NCBI GenBank assembly: GCA_012295275.1
Contig: CM022670.1
Coordinates: forward strand, 8,680,001-8,744,000
Source: Chrysomallon squamiferum
Taxonomy: Eukaryota > Animalia > Mollusca
DNA: 64,000 nucleotides
Reading direction: 5' to 3'
Within the stretch, counting starts at the first letter, position 1. Each line of letters opens with the position of its first letter. The notes below the pieces were generated by a model, which was not told where the DNA came from, did not search any database, and saw only the letters and a program-made list of their open reading frames with translations. The position numbers and the translations under genes were made by a program. Positions 51,209 through 64,000 of the stretch are shown here, in pieces.

Positions 51209-52126
51209 TTAAAAAAGTAATATATATATTAAAGGGGTCATCACTGAGGATTTATATTATGGAAAAATTATCAAAGAGATGGGAATCAGATATTTGAGCA
51301 ATTTTTGTGCTTGCCTTTAGCGCTATCATCCGCAGATTGCAATATTAGTAGTAGTAGCAGCAGAGCAGAAGCAGCAGCAGTAGTGTGGGCAGCAACAACA
51401 GCCTTTGTCTTTATTTTACTTACCGAGTTATTTATCGAGTCACGTCATTCCTTTGTTGACATCATTTTTATACCGAGATATCGGACGTCACTGAAATCAG
51501 CAAGTATTGCCATGACGTTGTCTCTTCTCAAAAACCCCGAGAAAGGTAGAAATATTTGTTTCACTAAAAACAAATATTCGCAAAGCACTCGTGTGAAATT
51601 TACGATCTAGCACCGTTTTTTCTTCTTTCTTGTCTCTCTACGAACAAGACAGTTAATAAATAGATAAAGAACTAGCTATTTCCCGGGAGTCAGTCGCTCG
51701 TTGCCGGCAGATGAGCGGCTGTCACTGGCCGGTTTCGTTCCAGGGGACGACTGGTAGTGTCTACAGGCAATATCGACTGAACAGAGGATAGGCAACGGTA
51801 TTTTTAAAATTGACATTCAGCAAATGTTAATTTTTTTTTTTTTTTTTTTCAAACATTGGTCCACTGGCGGCCCGATGTGGAAATCTGTTAATGCTATCTC
51901 ATTGTTAATAGGTTTTGAAACACAAAGTATATGTGCATAAAAAAATGAATAAATATATATATCATATTAATAAAATTAGGAAATTAAAATGAGATAACTA
52001 GAGTAATAGTTTCTATTGTGATAACGTCAGCTGAACAATAGGTATCAGTTGTTTGGACAGCTTCGCTATTTCAGTGCTGTATTTTCAGTAGTTATGCCCC
52101 TTCGTAGATTCAGTTCATTTAATAAA

Positions 52127-52164
<38 letters not shown>

Positions 52165-53322
52165 AGAAGAAGAAGAAGAAGAAGAATGAATGAAAGAAAG
52201 AAAGAAAAAGAAAAAATATGTGTTGAAAAAGAAGATATTACCAAAAATCGTTTTGCAGAAATGATGATCAATAGGTTAGGATATTAGGCCATAATGATAG
52301 TTTGAGATTAAACTGCAACTGGTATTTACAAATTATTGCAATGTTTCATTTTAACTAATTCTTTTTCTTAGTCTTTCGTAGTATTGTTCTTCCAGTAGTA
52401 TACAGAAATTCACGGAAAACTAATTCTTCCTATTTTATTAATGTATTCTGTAGACAAAAGAATATGAGAAGAAAAAAATGTAATGCTAATTCGTACCTGT
52501 GTAAATTAAAAGTGTTGCTTGCCTTCTGTGATATTGTAAAAGCTAGGTTATATTATCGGAAATACAGAGGCGTGTTTCTATTAATATCAGTCACAGAAAT
52601 TTATATTAGTGTATAGAAAGAAAATTTAAAATTTTAGAAATGGAAACATAAACGATTAAAAGTTAACTAGCAATAAAAATAAAAATCGAGAAACTAAAAC
52701 ATTTCTCTTTGTTTTTTTGTCAGTAGATCTGGACTTTCACATTTCTATTTTATTTCCATGTAATATAAATAAAAATAAAATAAATTTATTGTTAGATCTT
52801 GATTAAATAAATAAAATAAAATAAAATAAATACAAAATAATAAATAAATAAATAATCATAATTACAATACTTTTGGTAAAACGATGTTTTGTTACATACG
52901 TTGTATATGAATCATCTGAATCACGGAGATAGATGTATTTTATATACAGTAATGCCAGTTAACGTTCAACTTAATATTTATTTTTATCATTAAACTTTGC
53001 TTGTAGCTCTTCAGTGTACAGCATTTATAATGGCTCAACTAAAGCTGTTTTGTTATATTTAAAACAAAAACCAAAAAATAAATCACAAAAAACACACACG
53101 CACACATAAAAAAATAATGATAATAATAATTTTAAAAACCCCAAACATCCGGTAATGAAAATATTTTAATGCAGTCATTATAATTACTGTGTGGATTTTT
53201 AAGTACTGGTAAGAGTAAAATTTAATGCGTAAGTTAGACCGATACCAGTTTAGAAATTTCGCTTTTATCTAGACTACCGCCAAAAGACGACTGTGGAACA
53301 ATCGATCTCATGAATATGAAAA

Positions 53323-53333
53323 TCAAAATGGCG
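53323..53333 (+). promoter_or_regulatory. YY1-like motif (CAAAATGGCG) in the SR gene promoter/5'UTR
   Basis: tcaaaatggcg matches the YY1 consensus and lies ~85 nt upstream of the ATG, typical of housekeeping genes. Confidence 0.45.
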
Positions 53334-53413
53334 TCAAAGAAGCCAAATTTGTGTGTGTAAAATTATCTGTTTTTGACTAGGATCAGCAGTAAAGAGGTTT
53401 AAAAGTAGACAAA

Positions 53414-54882
53414 ATGACAGATAAATTAGACACTAAAGTCATCCAGGTGACTAATGTGGCGCCTGGAGCCACTTGGGAACAGATGAAAACGTTATTTTCT
53501 TTCCTTGGAAGAGTAAGAGACCTAAAAATGTATCCCCCAGAGTAAGTTAAATTTGAGATACTTAAGATAGATTTTAGACAATGTTTTTTTGGGGTTTTTT
53601 TTAGGACAAAATCAGTTTTCCTTTTCATGATGTTTTCTTTATTTGTTGTCGTATAAAACAAAGAAACAATTTTAAGAATATAATTAATCGATAATTTGCC
53701 GAACAAATTGCAGTTATAATAATGATACGAGTACGGAGTAGTCCTAAGTCCGAGTATGGACAATGACAATAAATTGAATAATTTTCATATTGAATAATTG
53801 ATCATATCTCCATTATCTGCCATTATTCAATTCAGTCCATTTGTCCGTTCCCAATTTTTTATTTGTTAATAATACATGCATTAACTATGAGTTAATAATA
53901 ACAAAATAAGCTGTTCAAACTTTAAGCAAGAACAGATAACTGTTAACATTAAATGATCAATTATTTCATTAATATTCTTCATAACTATGCTGTTAAGTGC
54001 TATACATAATGTGTTATTTTGTTACAATTAATATTACTACTTAGTCCACCTTTATCAGTTTATGCTATGAAATTAATTATTGCATTGATTTTGTTTGAGT
54101 TTTTGGCATGTTTAAAAATATGAACTTTATTTATAATTAAGTTATTTATTATGCCATTTGTATGTCAAACATGTTAATTTATAAGTAATGTTTGGTTTCC
54201 ATGTTTAGTAAAAATAATAATCAGTTTGTCTCATACATAGATTTATTAAAATAATTAGAATCTAAACTGCTAATATAAAGGACTAGTCTGAACAGAGACA
54301 GAATCTTATAGATTCATATAAATTCTCACAAAACTGAAAGTGTTAACTAAAGATTAATCCAGATTCGGTAAACTTGATATTATTTTGAATAATTTTCAAT
54401 TTGCTGTTTAAATCTGGACCTTGATAAAAGCAGTTTTCCCCAAATTCACTGTTTTTATTTATTTTTTATTAATTTGTATATTATTTATGCCTAATGTGCT
54501 TATAAATAATGTTTGTTGATCGTTGATCATTGATTTTTGTTTTTTGTTTTTTTAGACACTCAGAACTTCAAGTTTCAGCCAGAGTTTGCTATGTGGAATT
54601 TGATGATCCAACTAGTGTGGGCATTGCCCTTCATTTGACCAATACTGTTTTCATTGATCGAGCTCTTATCATTGTTCCTGTGTTGGATGGTATTTTAAAC
54701 ATTAACTATATTGAATTTATAATAGTAGAATGCATATGTGAATGAATAAAAAAAAGTAAAAAATAGCTTTCTTACTGATGTCAAGCTAATATAGCCTAAT
54801 GTTATAAAAATGCCCTTTTTTTTTTGTTTTTTGTTTTCTGACTAAAACTATTTTATGGTATATCTTCCTTTTTCAAAAAAAA

Positions 54883-54914
<32 letters not shown>

Positions 54915-57900
54915 AGAGAATACATATATAACATTATCTTATTATCACTTTTTATCTGTTGTCTAGGAAAAATTCCTGATGAGAATACAGCTCTTCAGCT
55001 GACCCCACAGGTAGTTTCTGGGATGATGCCTGGTTTACCAACATGGCCCAGCAATGTTGTCAGTCAGGTAAATCTAATTACTTTTCTTCTATTTTAAATA
55101 AATAACATTTTGAGAATTTGGTGATCTTTTTCACTGAAATCATTTATTTTGAAAAGTGTATCGCTTTATTTACTGCAGATTTATAAGAATAATGCAGATA
55201 ATTTTTCTTTTCTTTTACTGTAATTAGTTAATTGAGAATTTGGTGGCTCTTAAGTAACATTTATTTACTATATTGTACACATAGCATTATTAATGTATCT
55301 AATTTTTTCAACATCCATTTTATTTAAATGCAAACATTTCATATATAATCTTGTGAAATAAAATATTAATTTTTGTGATGTTTTCCTTTATTTCAGATAA
55401 CAAGAACACCACAGGGACCTGTGATCACCACTGTAGATCCACAGCTAACAAGTCTTGGACTTCCTCAGTATCCTCCACTTCCAGGCAATGTTGAACCAGG
55501 AAAGGTGGAAGAAATCAGAAGAACTGTCTACGTATCTAATCTGGATCCTTCTGTAAGTCCTTAGAGACATAAAACAGATGTAAATATTACTGACTGCCAC
55601 AAATGGTGGAAAACTGTATTACGTTTGGATTTTGAAAGTTATTCTCATGTTAAGTTTCATCATTTGCTTTCATTTTCAAAGTGTAATTAGATGAGAAAAT
55701 ATTGTCAGCTGTATTGTTTTTGTTTCAAAAAGAATCTATTTTTAACTGATTGTTGCTTGTTAGTGTTTAAACTAAGGCATGTGTAGCTAGCAGAAAGGGA
55801 AACTGTGTTAAAAAATAAAACAGTTCTCTTTATACAAAAAAGAATTCATGCTTTTATTAACAGATATTTTGTAGCTGTTCAGAGTAATTTTGAGGCAGTA
55901 TGATAACAGATGGAAATTTCTGCGTGTCACAGATTCTGGTAAACCTTTGTTTTTCTGTTTTGGATAAAATAAGTTTATCAGTGTCATGTAGTTTGGGATC
56001 TTGTGTTTCTTAACAAGGTTATTTTTTAAAATTTATAGGTATTACCAGAACAACTTCTGAGTTTTTTCAGCCAGGTTGGTGAAGTTAAGTATGTTCGGAT
56101 GGCAGGTGATGACCTTCAGACAACACGCTTTGCTTTGATTGAGTTCACAGATCAGCGTTCAGTGGCCACATCTCTGACATACAACGGCGTCATGTTCCAG
56201 GGTCGGCCTATCAAGTAAGCAAGGCACAAGTTGTTGGGCATTTTCCCTGAATTCCACAGAGTATCAGCTGCTTGCTTTATTATAGCCTTTTGTGAGGCAA
56301 CAGCTATTAACACAGTAGCTTTGTTTGAAAGTCAGCCTTAAAAACCCCAAAAAAACATTTGAATTCATTTCCGTATTTTGATCTTGGTCATATTTGGCTT
56401 TTCAATGCATACAGTATAGTTGGTTTCATATGAAACTTACTTAGCAACGTTTTAATGGTTTATTTAACCAGAATATGAAATGAGTATCTCATTATCAAAT
56501 CTGAAAGAGTAAATGCAAATTTATATTAGGTCTCTTCATGTTGAATATACTTTTTAAGCAGTTTGGTCAGTTTTTCTTAGTTTTTTGGTTACTGTATGCA
56601 TGTAAGATCTGTCGTATTAATTATATCCCATTACAGGTCTATTGAAGATTTTAAAGGCACAAATAGATCAGTAATATTTTTACCGTAATTCATTGTTTGC
56701 CCAGGTAAGATTGACAGGCAAAATTGACGGTATGTGTACATAAAGAAAAGAAAAAAAATTTGAATATAAACAATAAATTAATTTATTATTTTATTGTTGT
56801 TGTTACTATAATTTTTTTAAGGCTGACTTGCATGAAAGTGAATAGTTTTAAAACATTTATTATTTGCAGTTTATACATATGAAAGAATAGAAATTCAACA
56901 GAATACAAATTCATTCTGTAAAAAGTATTGAATCAATTTTGGGAAACTGTTGAATGTTTTAATATTTGTTAAGGCATAAAAACAAGAAGATTAATGATGA
57001 AATGCTGACTCATCATGGACCCCTGCTTTGATGCAAAAGGCAACAAAAACTTCTGGTTGCATCAGCAGTGCAAGCTGTAGGTGGTAAACAGACTTGTTGT
57101 AACATAGTAACTACTTTGCATTTATCTGTATCTGTATATTACTAGCTAGCCTGGCTGGCATTAGCGTTCTTGCCCAGCCTGCAACATCCATGGACAATTT
57201 ACATTTTCAACTTCTTCCCAAGGATCACTGGAGCACTAGTAACGCAAACTGGTAAGGATGCTGTGCCGGGTGGATTGGGATTTCAAGGTTCCCAGCTGGC
57301 ATCAAATTGGCAGTCATTTATTCAGCAGCTGAGAAACAGGTGAACAGCTTAGACACAAAAACAAAACAAACATGACAGTGTTCCACGAAATGTCTCATTC
57401 AAATGTATTTAAAATAAAATAAAAAGTCTATTTCCAAGAGCCATGTTCATACTTTAAAAAAAAATTATAGTTTGTTTAGGAGTGAATAAAATGACTGATA
57501 ATGTTGAAGTGTCACTGTTTCAGAAATCATGATTGTCTATTAGTTGGATTAGATTAAATGTTTATATCTTCAGGTTTACATTAATCAAATTTAATGTCAG
57601 TTGCTTATTTAGCAATGTGTTACATATTTTGTCTCTTTCTTTTTCCTTATTTATATTTTTTTATTATTATTTTTTAAAGCATGTATTTAAAATTTACATG
57701 CCACTTTGTCTCATAGTTGTGATAGAAAATGTCAGTTATTTCTGATTCATGTATGGCTTTTTTTTTCATGCAGCTTGTTTAAATTAAATAACATCTTCCA
57801 TTTAATTTAGAGATGAAAAAATTTGCTATTGCCAGAAATGTTTGTAGATAACAAAGTGATGTTTCAGTCAAGTAGCATTTATTTTTTTCCCTCTGTTTTG

Positions 57901-59438
57901 TTTAGTATATGTACATTTGTTGGGGCAGAACACTGGCATGTTCATCTACATGATTTTTTAAAATATAAAACCATTTTAATAATAAAATATTTTGAATAAT
58001 ACAGATCAAAAAACAAGTGATGATTAATAAGACTAGTTATTGTATTTATTATCTAGAATTAAAATTTACTAACTTTGTGTTTGGTTTTATTATTTTCAGA
58101 TAATTTCATCCTCAATTTAAATTGTAATGCAGCTGTGCTTACTGTTGGCGAATCAGCCATTTTTAAACTTCACTTGAATTTTATTAACTGGCTGTGGATC
58201 TGAAAATAAAACATTATTATTGTTATTATTTTCTTGTGTGTTTAAATTTTACTTTATGAACAGTGTACCATTCAGATGTTGAAATGTTCTTTGCGTATCT
58301 AAGGCAGAAAATCCGACACTGAGTTGTATATTTATTTTCTCAGGCTGGCCTTAAAAAAAGAACCTGGGCTTGCCGAAAGCCGGCCCTCCGATTCACAGCT
58401 GGGTCGGTAGGTAGGCTTATTCTTCTTAGTTTTAATTAATTAGGCCTACATTTTGTGCATGATAAATAAACAGTTTTTATGGGTTATTGTTACCAACATT
58501 TTGAACATTATCTGTATAAACTCTCAGTATGCAGAACATTAATTTATCGAATGTAGATGTTTCAAATTGATATATGTGTGTTATTTATTTTTAAACAAGA
58601 AAGAGCTACCTCTTAGTTTTGCCATACTCAGTATGTCAAGCTGATTTGTGTAATAGGTTTATAAGAACAAACATGTTTCAATATGTTCAGTTTACATTTA
58701 CTAGCAGCAGACCAGAAAACAGCCATTGTCTATCTTGTATATTTATATATTTTGATTTTAAGTTAATATTGTGATTTTGAATCATGTACAAATTGATTAA
58801 TTTATGATATCAGGAAAATTAAGAATGATTATAAAACTTAAAACATTTTATCATAATTTACCATAAATTATTCAGAACATAATTGTTTCATTCTGTGAAC
58901 AGACCTGAAGCTTGCTTCACAAGTTACACAAAATAATTATTAATTCTGCTTTTCTGAAATTTTAATTACAGTTCATAATTAATGTCAATCATTTGTTTGC
59001 TGCTTAAATGTTACCACTGAACATTAAGTTCTTTTATCTTTTGATTATATGTAACTGTTCTGTTCTAACTGAAATAACATTTGGTTATGTCGGACTTGGT
59101 TTTGATTGTATGTGACATACTGTTAATGACATATGGGTGCTCTTTTATAAAGATTTATTTAATTAAATCATACAAAAGAAAAATGTAGCTATTTATGTAG
59201 TATTTTACAAATTAGAGTTATATGTATTTTTTTAAATATTGTAGTGCATCAATAAACATTATTTTGCACATAAATTAATTTGACAGTGTTATATTGACAG
59301 TCATTAAGCCCATTGGTGCTTATGTCTTTGAAAACACTAATATTTAAACATTTTATAAATTTCAAATGTATGTGCATGAAGTTTTAATGTCTGCTTCATG
59401 CGTCATTTAGCATGCACATAATATTTTTGTTTTCTTTT

Positions 59439-59497
<59 letters not shown>

Positions 59498-62400
59498 TGA
59501 ACAGGGGAAGAAAGAAAGTAAAAAGAAACCCTTAGATATTTTCCCTTTCTGTAATGTCAGTTTTAACATTAAGAAAAGAAACTATCTGTAGGCTACATAT
59601 GTGAGGCTATATAAATGGCCCCTAAGACAAAATAACACAAATACATAACGGTATTACTTATACAGATTTTTTATAAAATTTTTTCCATATTTTAATGCCA
59701 CAGTACAAATTGCAATACATTCAGCAGTTTCCATTATTTCAATATCTTTTTCTTGTAGCGCATTAATTTTTGTTAAAAAAAAGTTCTGTGTTAATTTATA
59801 GTCTTTTTTTAAACATTTGACGCAAAATAATGGATATGTACAAATATTATTATATTAAAAAAATGTTTATATCATTTTTTGTGTGCTGTTTTCATTCATA
59901 TACATCTCTTTCAGAGTGAACCATTCCAACATGGCTATCCAGAAACCCTTGACTAAAGATGAGGCAGCATCACAGAGGGAGATGGAAGAAGCTTTGAAGA
60001 AAGTGAAAGAAGCGCAGTCACTGATAACAGCTGCTGCTGAAGGTATTCTGAATAATTTAAAATAATAATAATAATAATCATAATCATAATCATAATCATA
60101 ATCATAATCATAATGATCAATTGTTTCAAGATTTGGTAACAAGACTTACCTTCTCATCCTAAAAATGGTCCAAAATTCCTTCCAGATCCTTACAAAGATA
60201 CTAACAAATAAAAAATAAATTAGAGCATCCCTGCCTGTTGCTCTGAGTTTTATAATGATAATTTTTCTTATTACCCTGTCAGATAATACTAAACTGGAAT
60301 CATTCATTTGGCTCTGCCTTTTGGCAGGCACATTCAGTTTACTAAGGATTTTAAACTTTAAAAAAAAATGGATTAAATACTTTACTTACTGTTTGCAGAT
60401 GACATTAAATTTTGCATCTGTTAATTGTTACTTTTGTCCATGATTCACATTATTATTTTTTATATTCTTGAAAAAAAAAAAAGAAGATATTATGTAGTTA
60501 TATTTAAAAGGTGGTTTCAGACATTTTAAGATATTGACCTTCATTTTATTCTCATTTTGTTACAAATTTTCAGGAAAAAAATCTAAGCGTAGCAGTTTGG
60601 ACAGGCGAAGCCGGTCAGTGTCAAAGTCAAGACGTTCAAGGAGCAAGTCCAAGTTGAGAAGTCGTTCACGTTCAAGACGTAGATCGAGATCACGGCGAAG
60701 GTCACGATCAAAAGGGCGGAAGTCAAGGTCACGATCGAGAAGAAGATCTAGATCACGACGAAGAAGATCACGATCGAGAAGCAGGCATCGAAGACGCAGG
60801 TCAAGATCAAGGTATTTCATTTTATTTTACTTTTTTCATATAATATTTTAATATAACTTCTTTGTATTGTTATGTTTGTGTTATGTTCTCATGTTAAATT
60901 TCATTAGGATGTTAAATCAGTTAAATGTTCCTGTTTATATTTTGTGCTTTCAAAGTTTTTGGCTTTCATTTCATTTTGTATATTTTTCTGTTTGGAATTT
61001 GTTTTGGTTTTTTAAAGTTTTAATTGCATAATTTTGAATATTATAATGGTTTTGGGTTTTGTTTGAAATTTTGAATAATTGAACCTTCACATATTTTTGG
61101 TACTTTTTCTTTAACATATTATGTCAGTAACAAAAAAACAAAAAAAACACAGGAAAAACCTTAAAATTAAATTTAAATTTATCAAAGTTCCTTTCATGAT
61201 TTTTCCCATGAGGTTATGATTTATTTATTTTTTCCATAAAATGTCAGATGCATTGTTACATGTGTATATATTTGATGGTGTGTTTGTGTTGTGGGGTAAG
61301 AAAATACTTTCTACTCTTAGGTTGGCCATTGAACCGCCACTGGGCATGTGAGTATTGCATTCATATAGTGGAATGGGATTGAGTGAAAACCAATCCTGAA
61401 AATATTTCTTGTTATATTCAGTGGGGTGTTATTTTAATTGCAGTTTCAAAGTTACATAGATCTGAAAAGTGTGATAGGTGCACCAAATATATGTATATAA
61501 ATGACATACATTGATTTTTTTTAGCTAATGACATATTTTCTTGCAGATTTGTACGTTTAATACTGTAATGTTCATGTATTAGTCTGATTTGGTAATCCTG
61601 GGGGTACATGTTTTCCCTTATCCATCTCATTTGTATCTTTAATGTGGTAATGTTTTTTTTTTTTTTTTTTGTATTACCTTTTTTAATTTTATTAATAGTA
61701 TTTATTTATTTATTTTTAAAATATATTTTAATACATTCCAAATTCTAGTTTGTTAACATAGTTGAATTGATTTACCTTTTGAGTCCTACTTTCAGATGTT
61801 TTTTATTTTTAATTTTATTTTGGACCTAATCCATGCACTTTTGATACAGTTTTTTTTAATTTTTATTTTTTATTATATTCTCTTTTATGTTAAATATAAC
61901 CATATCACATGGTCCTGATTAATTAATCTTCTAATACATAGTATTTCAGGTTGTTCTGTAATGACAAAGTACAAGGGATTGGGGAAGCAATAATAATTAT
62001 GTTAGATTTTAATGTTTTATAAAGTTTTTCATTAATATACATATTTATCTTCAAAACATAATCATATGTATAGTTAAAGGTGGAATTATAATTTGACATC
62101 TAGGATCATACTGGTTATATTTGCATGTTATTACTTCATCTTAATTAGCTTTCCAGTTTGGGGATAGTATTTTCTAAAGTCTTGCTTGCATATTTAGCAT
62201 CATATCCTTTTGTTTTTAACTGTTACGGATGACATAAAACACTTATTGTTTTATGAACCTTATTTTGTAATTTGGATACAGCTGTTTTTACAAAAGGCTG
62301 TAATGCAGTATAATCAGTTTAAATTCTATTTTATCTTCTGTTGTAACAATTTTATTTTTATTTCATTATAGACTAGATTATAGTTTATTGCAAGTGATTA

Positions 62401-63965
62401 TTAGTGTTTTCTTTCTGCTGTATATGGAAGTAAGCTCTTATGCGTTACCAGCTCAGACAAAAATTAAAATATGTAAATTTTCGTTAATCTTGAAACATAA
62501 ATGTTACATTCAAAAATGTTCACCCATGATACGTTCAAATTTATATGCACTCAATAATCTACTGCAGACATACATTTTTAACATCTGGAATGAAATTTCA
62601 TTTTATATCCTTTTTTTTTTTTTTTTTTAATTCTGATTAAAGTTCGCATAGTTCCAAAACATTTACAGAGGGAGTAGCTCTAATGATAATTTCAGTGATG
62701 AATTTTTGTTACTATTATGAATAAAATTAATGTATAGGTATGTGTGCTTTCATGTCAGTAATATTACATACTGGAATCTTTAGCTTTTATCACTTACTTA
62801 TTAATTTATTTGGATTAAAAATTACTCTGGAAAGTTTATTAAAAGCTGAGAATACATTCTGTTAAATATTATAGATTTTATTTATTTCAGTTTTAAATTA
62901 TTATTATTATTTTGTGATCTCATGTAGAACTAAATCCATGTCAAGTTTTATGATTTTCTTTTTGTAATATGTGAAAATGTGTGTCTTTCATAATTAATAT
63001 CTGTATACAATCAGGTATTTTTAATTTTTCACAGCAGTAGCCCATTTCTTTTGCATGAAATTTTATTTTTTTATTTTTAATCATGTTTTTCAACTAATTT
63101 TCACCTCTTTAATATTTCTGGGTCCTTTCATATTAATTTATCATTTAATATCTTTTTTTTTTTTTTTTTTAAAAATAGATTCTTCATACAAGTGACTATA
63201 GTTAGATCTTTAATTAATTTTTTATAGTTTGCATTAACTGGGATTTAAAAAAATATCACACACACACACAAGTATATGTAAAAGAAAATAATGGATTTTT
63301 TGTTTGTTTTTTTGTTGTTTTTTTTGTTGTTTTTTACAAACTATATATTATTTTTTATTATTATTATTATTATATTTAATTTGTGCACTTAATGAATCTG
63401 TTAATTTTCAGTACTGTATAGATAACTCAGTGATTAATTAAATTTATATTATTTTTGTTTTTCATAGAATTTTATCAATTAACATAATTTTTACAGTTTC
63501 ATGTTCAATTTATTTATCAGATTAATACATTATGGGATTCTGACATAACAATTGTGGATATCTGATTCATAAGCAAACAGAAATAGTTTTTGTTTTTCAT
63601 AAAATTTAATAGAATAATATTGTTTTGTGCCAAACAAACATATATATATATATTTTTTTTTTAAACTTTTATAACAGCTTTAACATATATTTACAGTTGG
63701 GCAAAATATAATAAATTATTTTTGTTTGCTAATGAATTAGATACATGAATATCATGCAAAAAGAAGGTCATTTTTATTTGTTCTGAAAAATGCTTTGCAA
63801 GTTACTTTAAAAAAAAAAAGAAGGATTATGTTCATTACTATATAAATAATAGAATTTTACTTAATTGATCTACAGATCACGAAGATCAAGGTCAAGAGAC
63901 CGCAGAAGGTCACGGTCAAGATCAAAATATAGGAGCAAGTCCAAGCGCTCCAGATCACGATCAAG
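53414..63965 (+). CDS. SRSF11: SR splicing factor of the SRSF11/SREK1 (Srp54) family, two RRMs plus RS domain; 3' end beyond the window
   Basis: Exons 53414-53541, 54556-54689, 54967-55067, 55397-55552, 56039-56214, 59915-60042, 60574-60811 and 63876-63965 with consistent phases. Motifs: VIQVTNVAP.AT.EQMKTLFSFLG..LHLTNTVFIDRALIIVP..EEIRRTVYVSNLD..GEVKYVRMAGD..GRPIKVNHSNMAIQKP..(RS)n. Confidence 0.95.
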
Positions 63966-64000
63966 GTTAGATTTAAACATATATTATTAAAAACTGTAGT

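Noticed and set aside
51305-51610. 101-aa plus-strand ORF
   Set aside because: TTG start, built partly from (AGC/AGT)n repeats, with no recognisable domain or splice support.
51690-51745. Hammerhead or HDV-like ribozyme in the GC island
   Set aside because: cagatgag is not CUGANGA, no GAAA follows the stem on the same strand, and no HDV core was recognised.
60560-60820. Minus-strand DL/RDL-rich ORF
   Set aside because: Antisense shadow of the RS-domain exon.

Overview
Very AT-rich, intron-rich animal genomic DNA (invertebrate, plausibly a mollusc; taxon not proven). The first ~7 kb is the end of a tandem array of initiator tRNA-Met(CAT) genes on the minus strand. It has about 19 recognisable copies at ~400 bp spacing, two spacer types and shared variant copies, and it decays into a scrambled junction that may be an assembly artefact. 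Spliced genes reconstructed by hand follow: a dCMP deaminase-like gene (+), a 184-aa four-TM protein (-), a 61-aa MGCxxS-type acylated microprotein spread over 10 kb (+), eIF3h (+), SGTA (-) and an SRSF11/SREK1-family SR protein (+, runs off the window). The SR gene has candidate poison exons, one of which forms a UGA only at the splice junction. Also present are a TA-flanked Tc2/pogo-like MITE, decayed piggyBac, Gypsy and LINE fragments, a 62-bp perfect palindrome, a GC-rich structured island and many microsatellites. Two genes each lack one base in a short homopolymer, which suggests residual sequencing errors. Most ORF-track entries are low-complexity noise.
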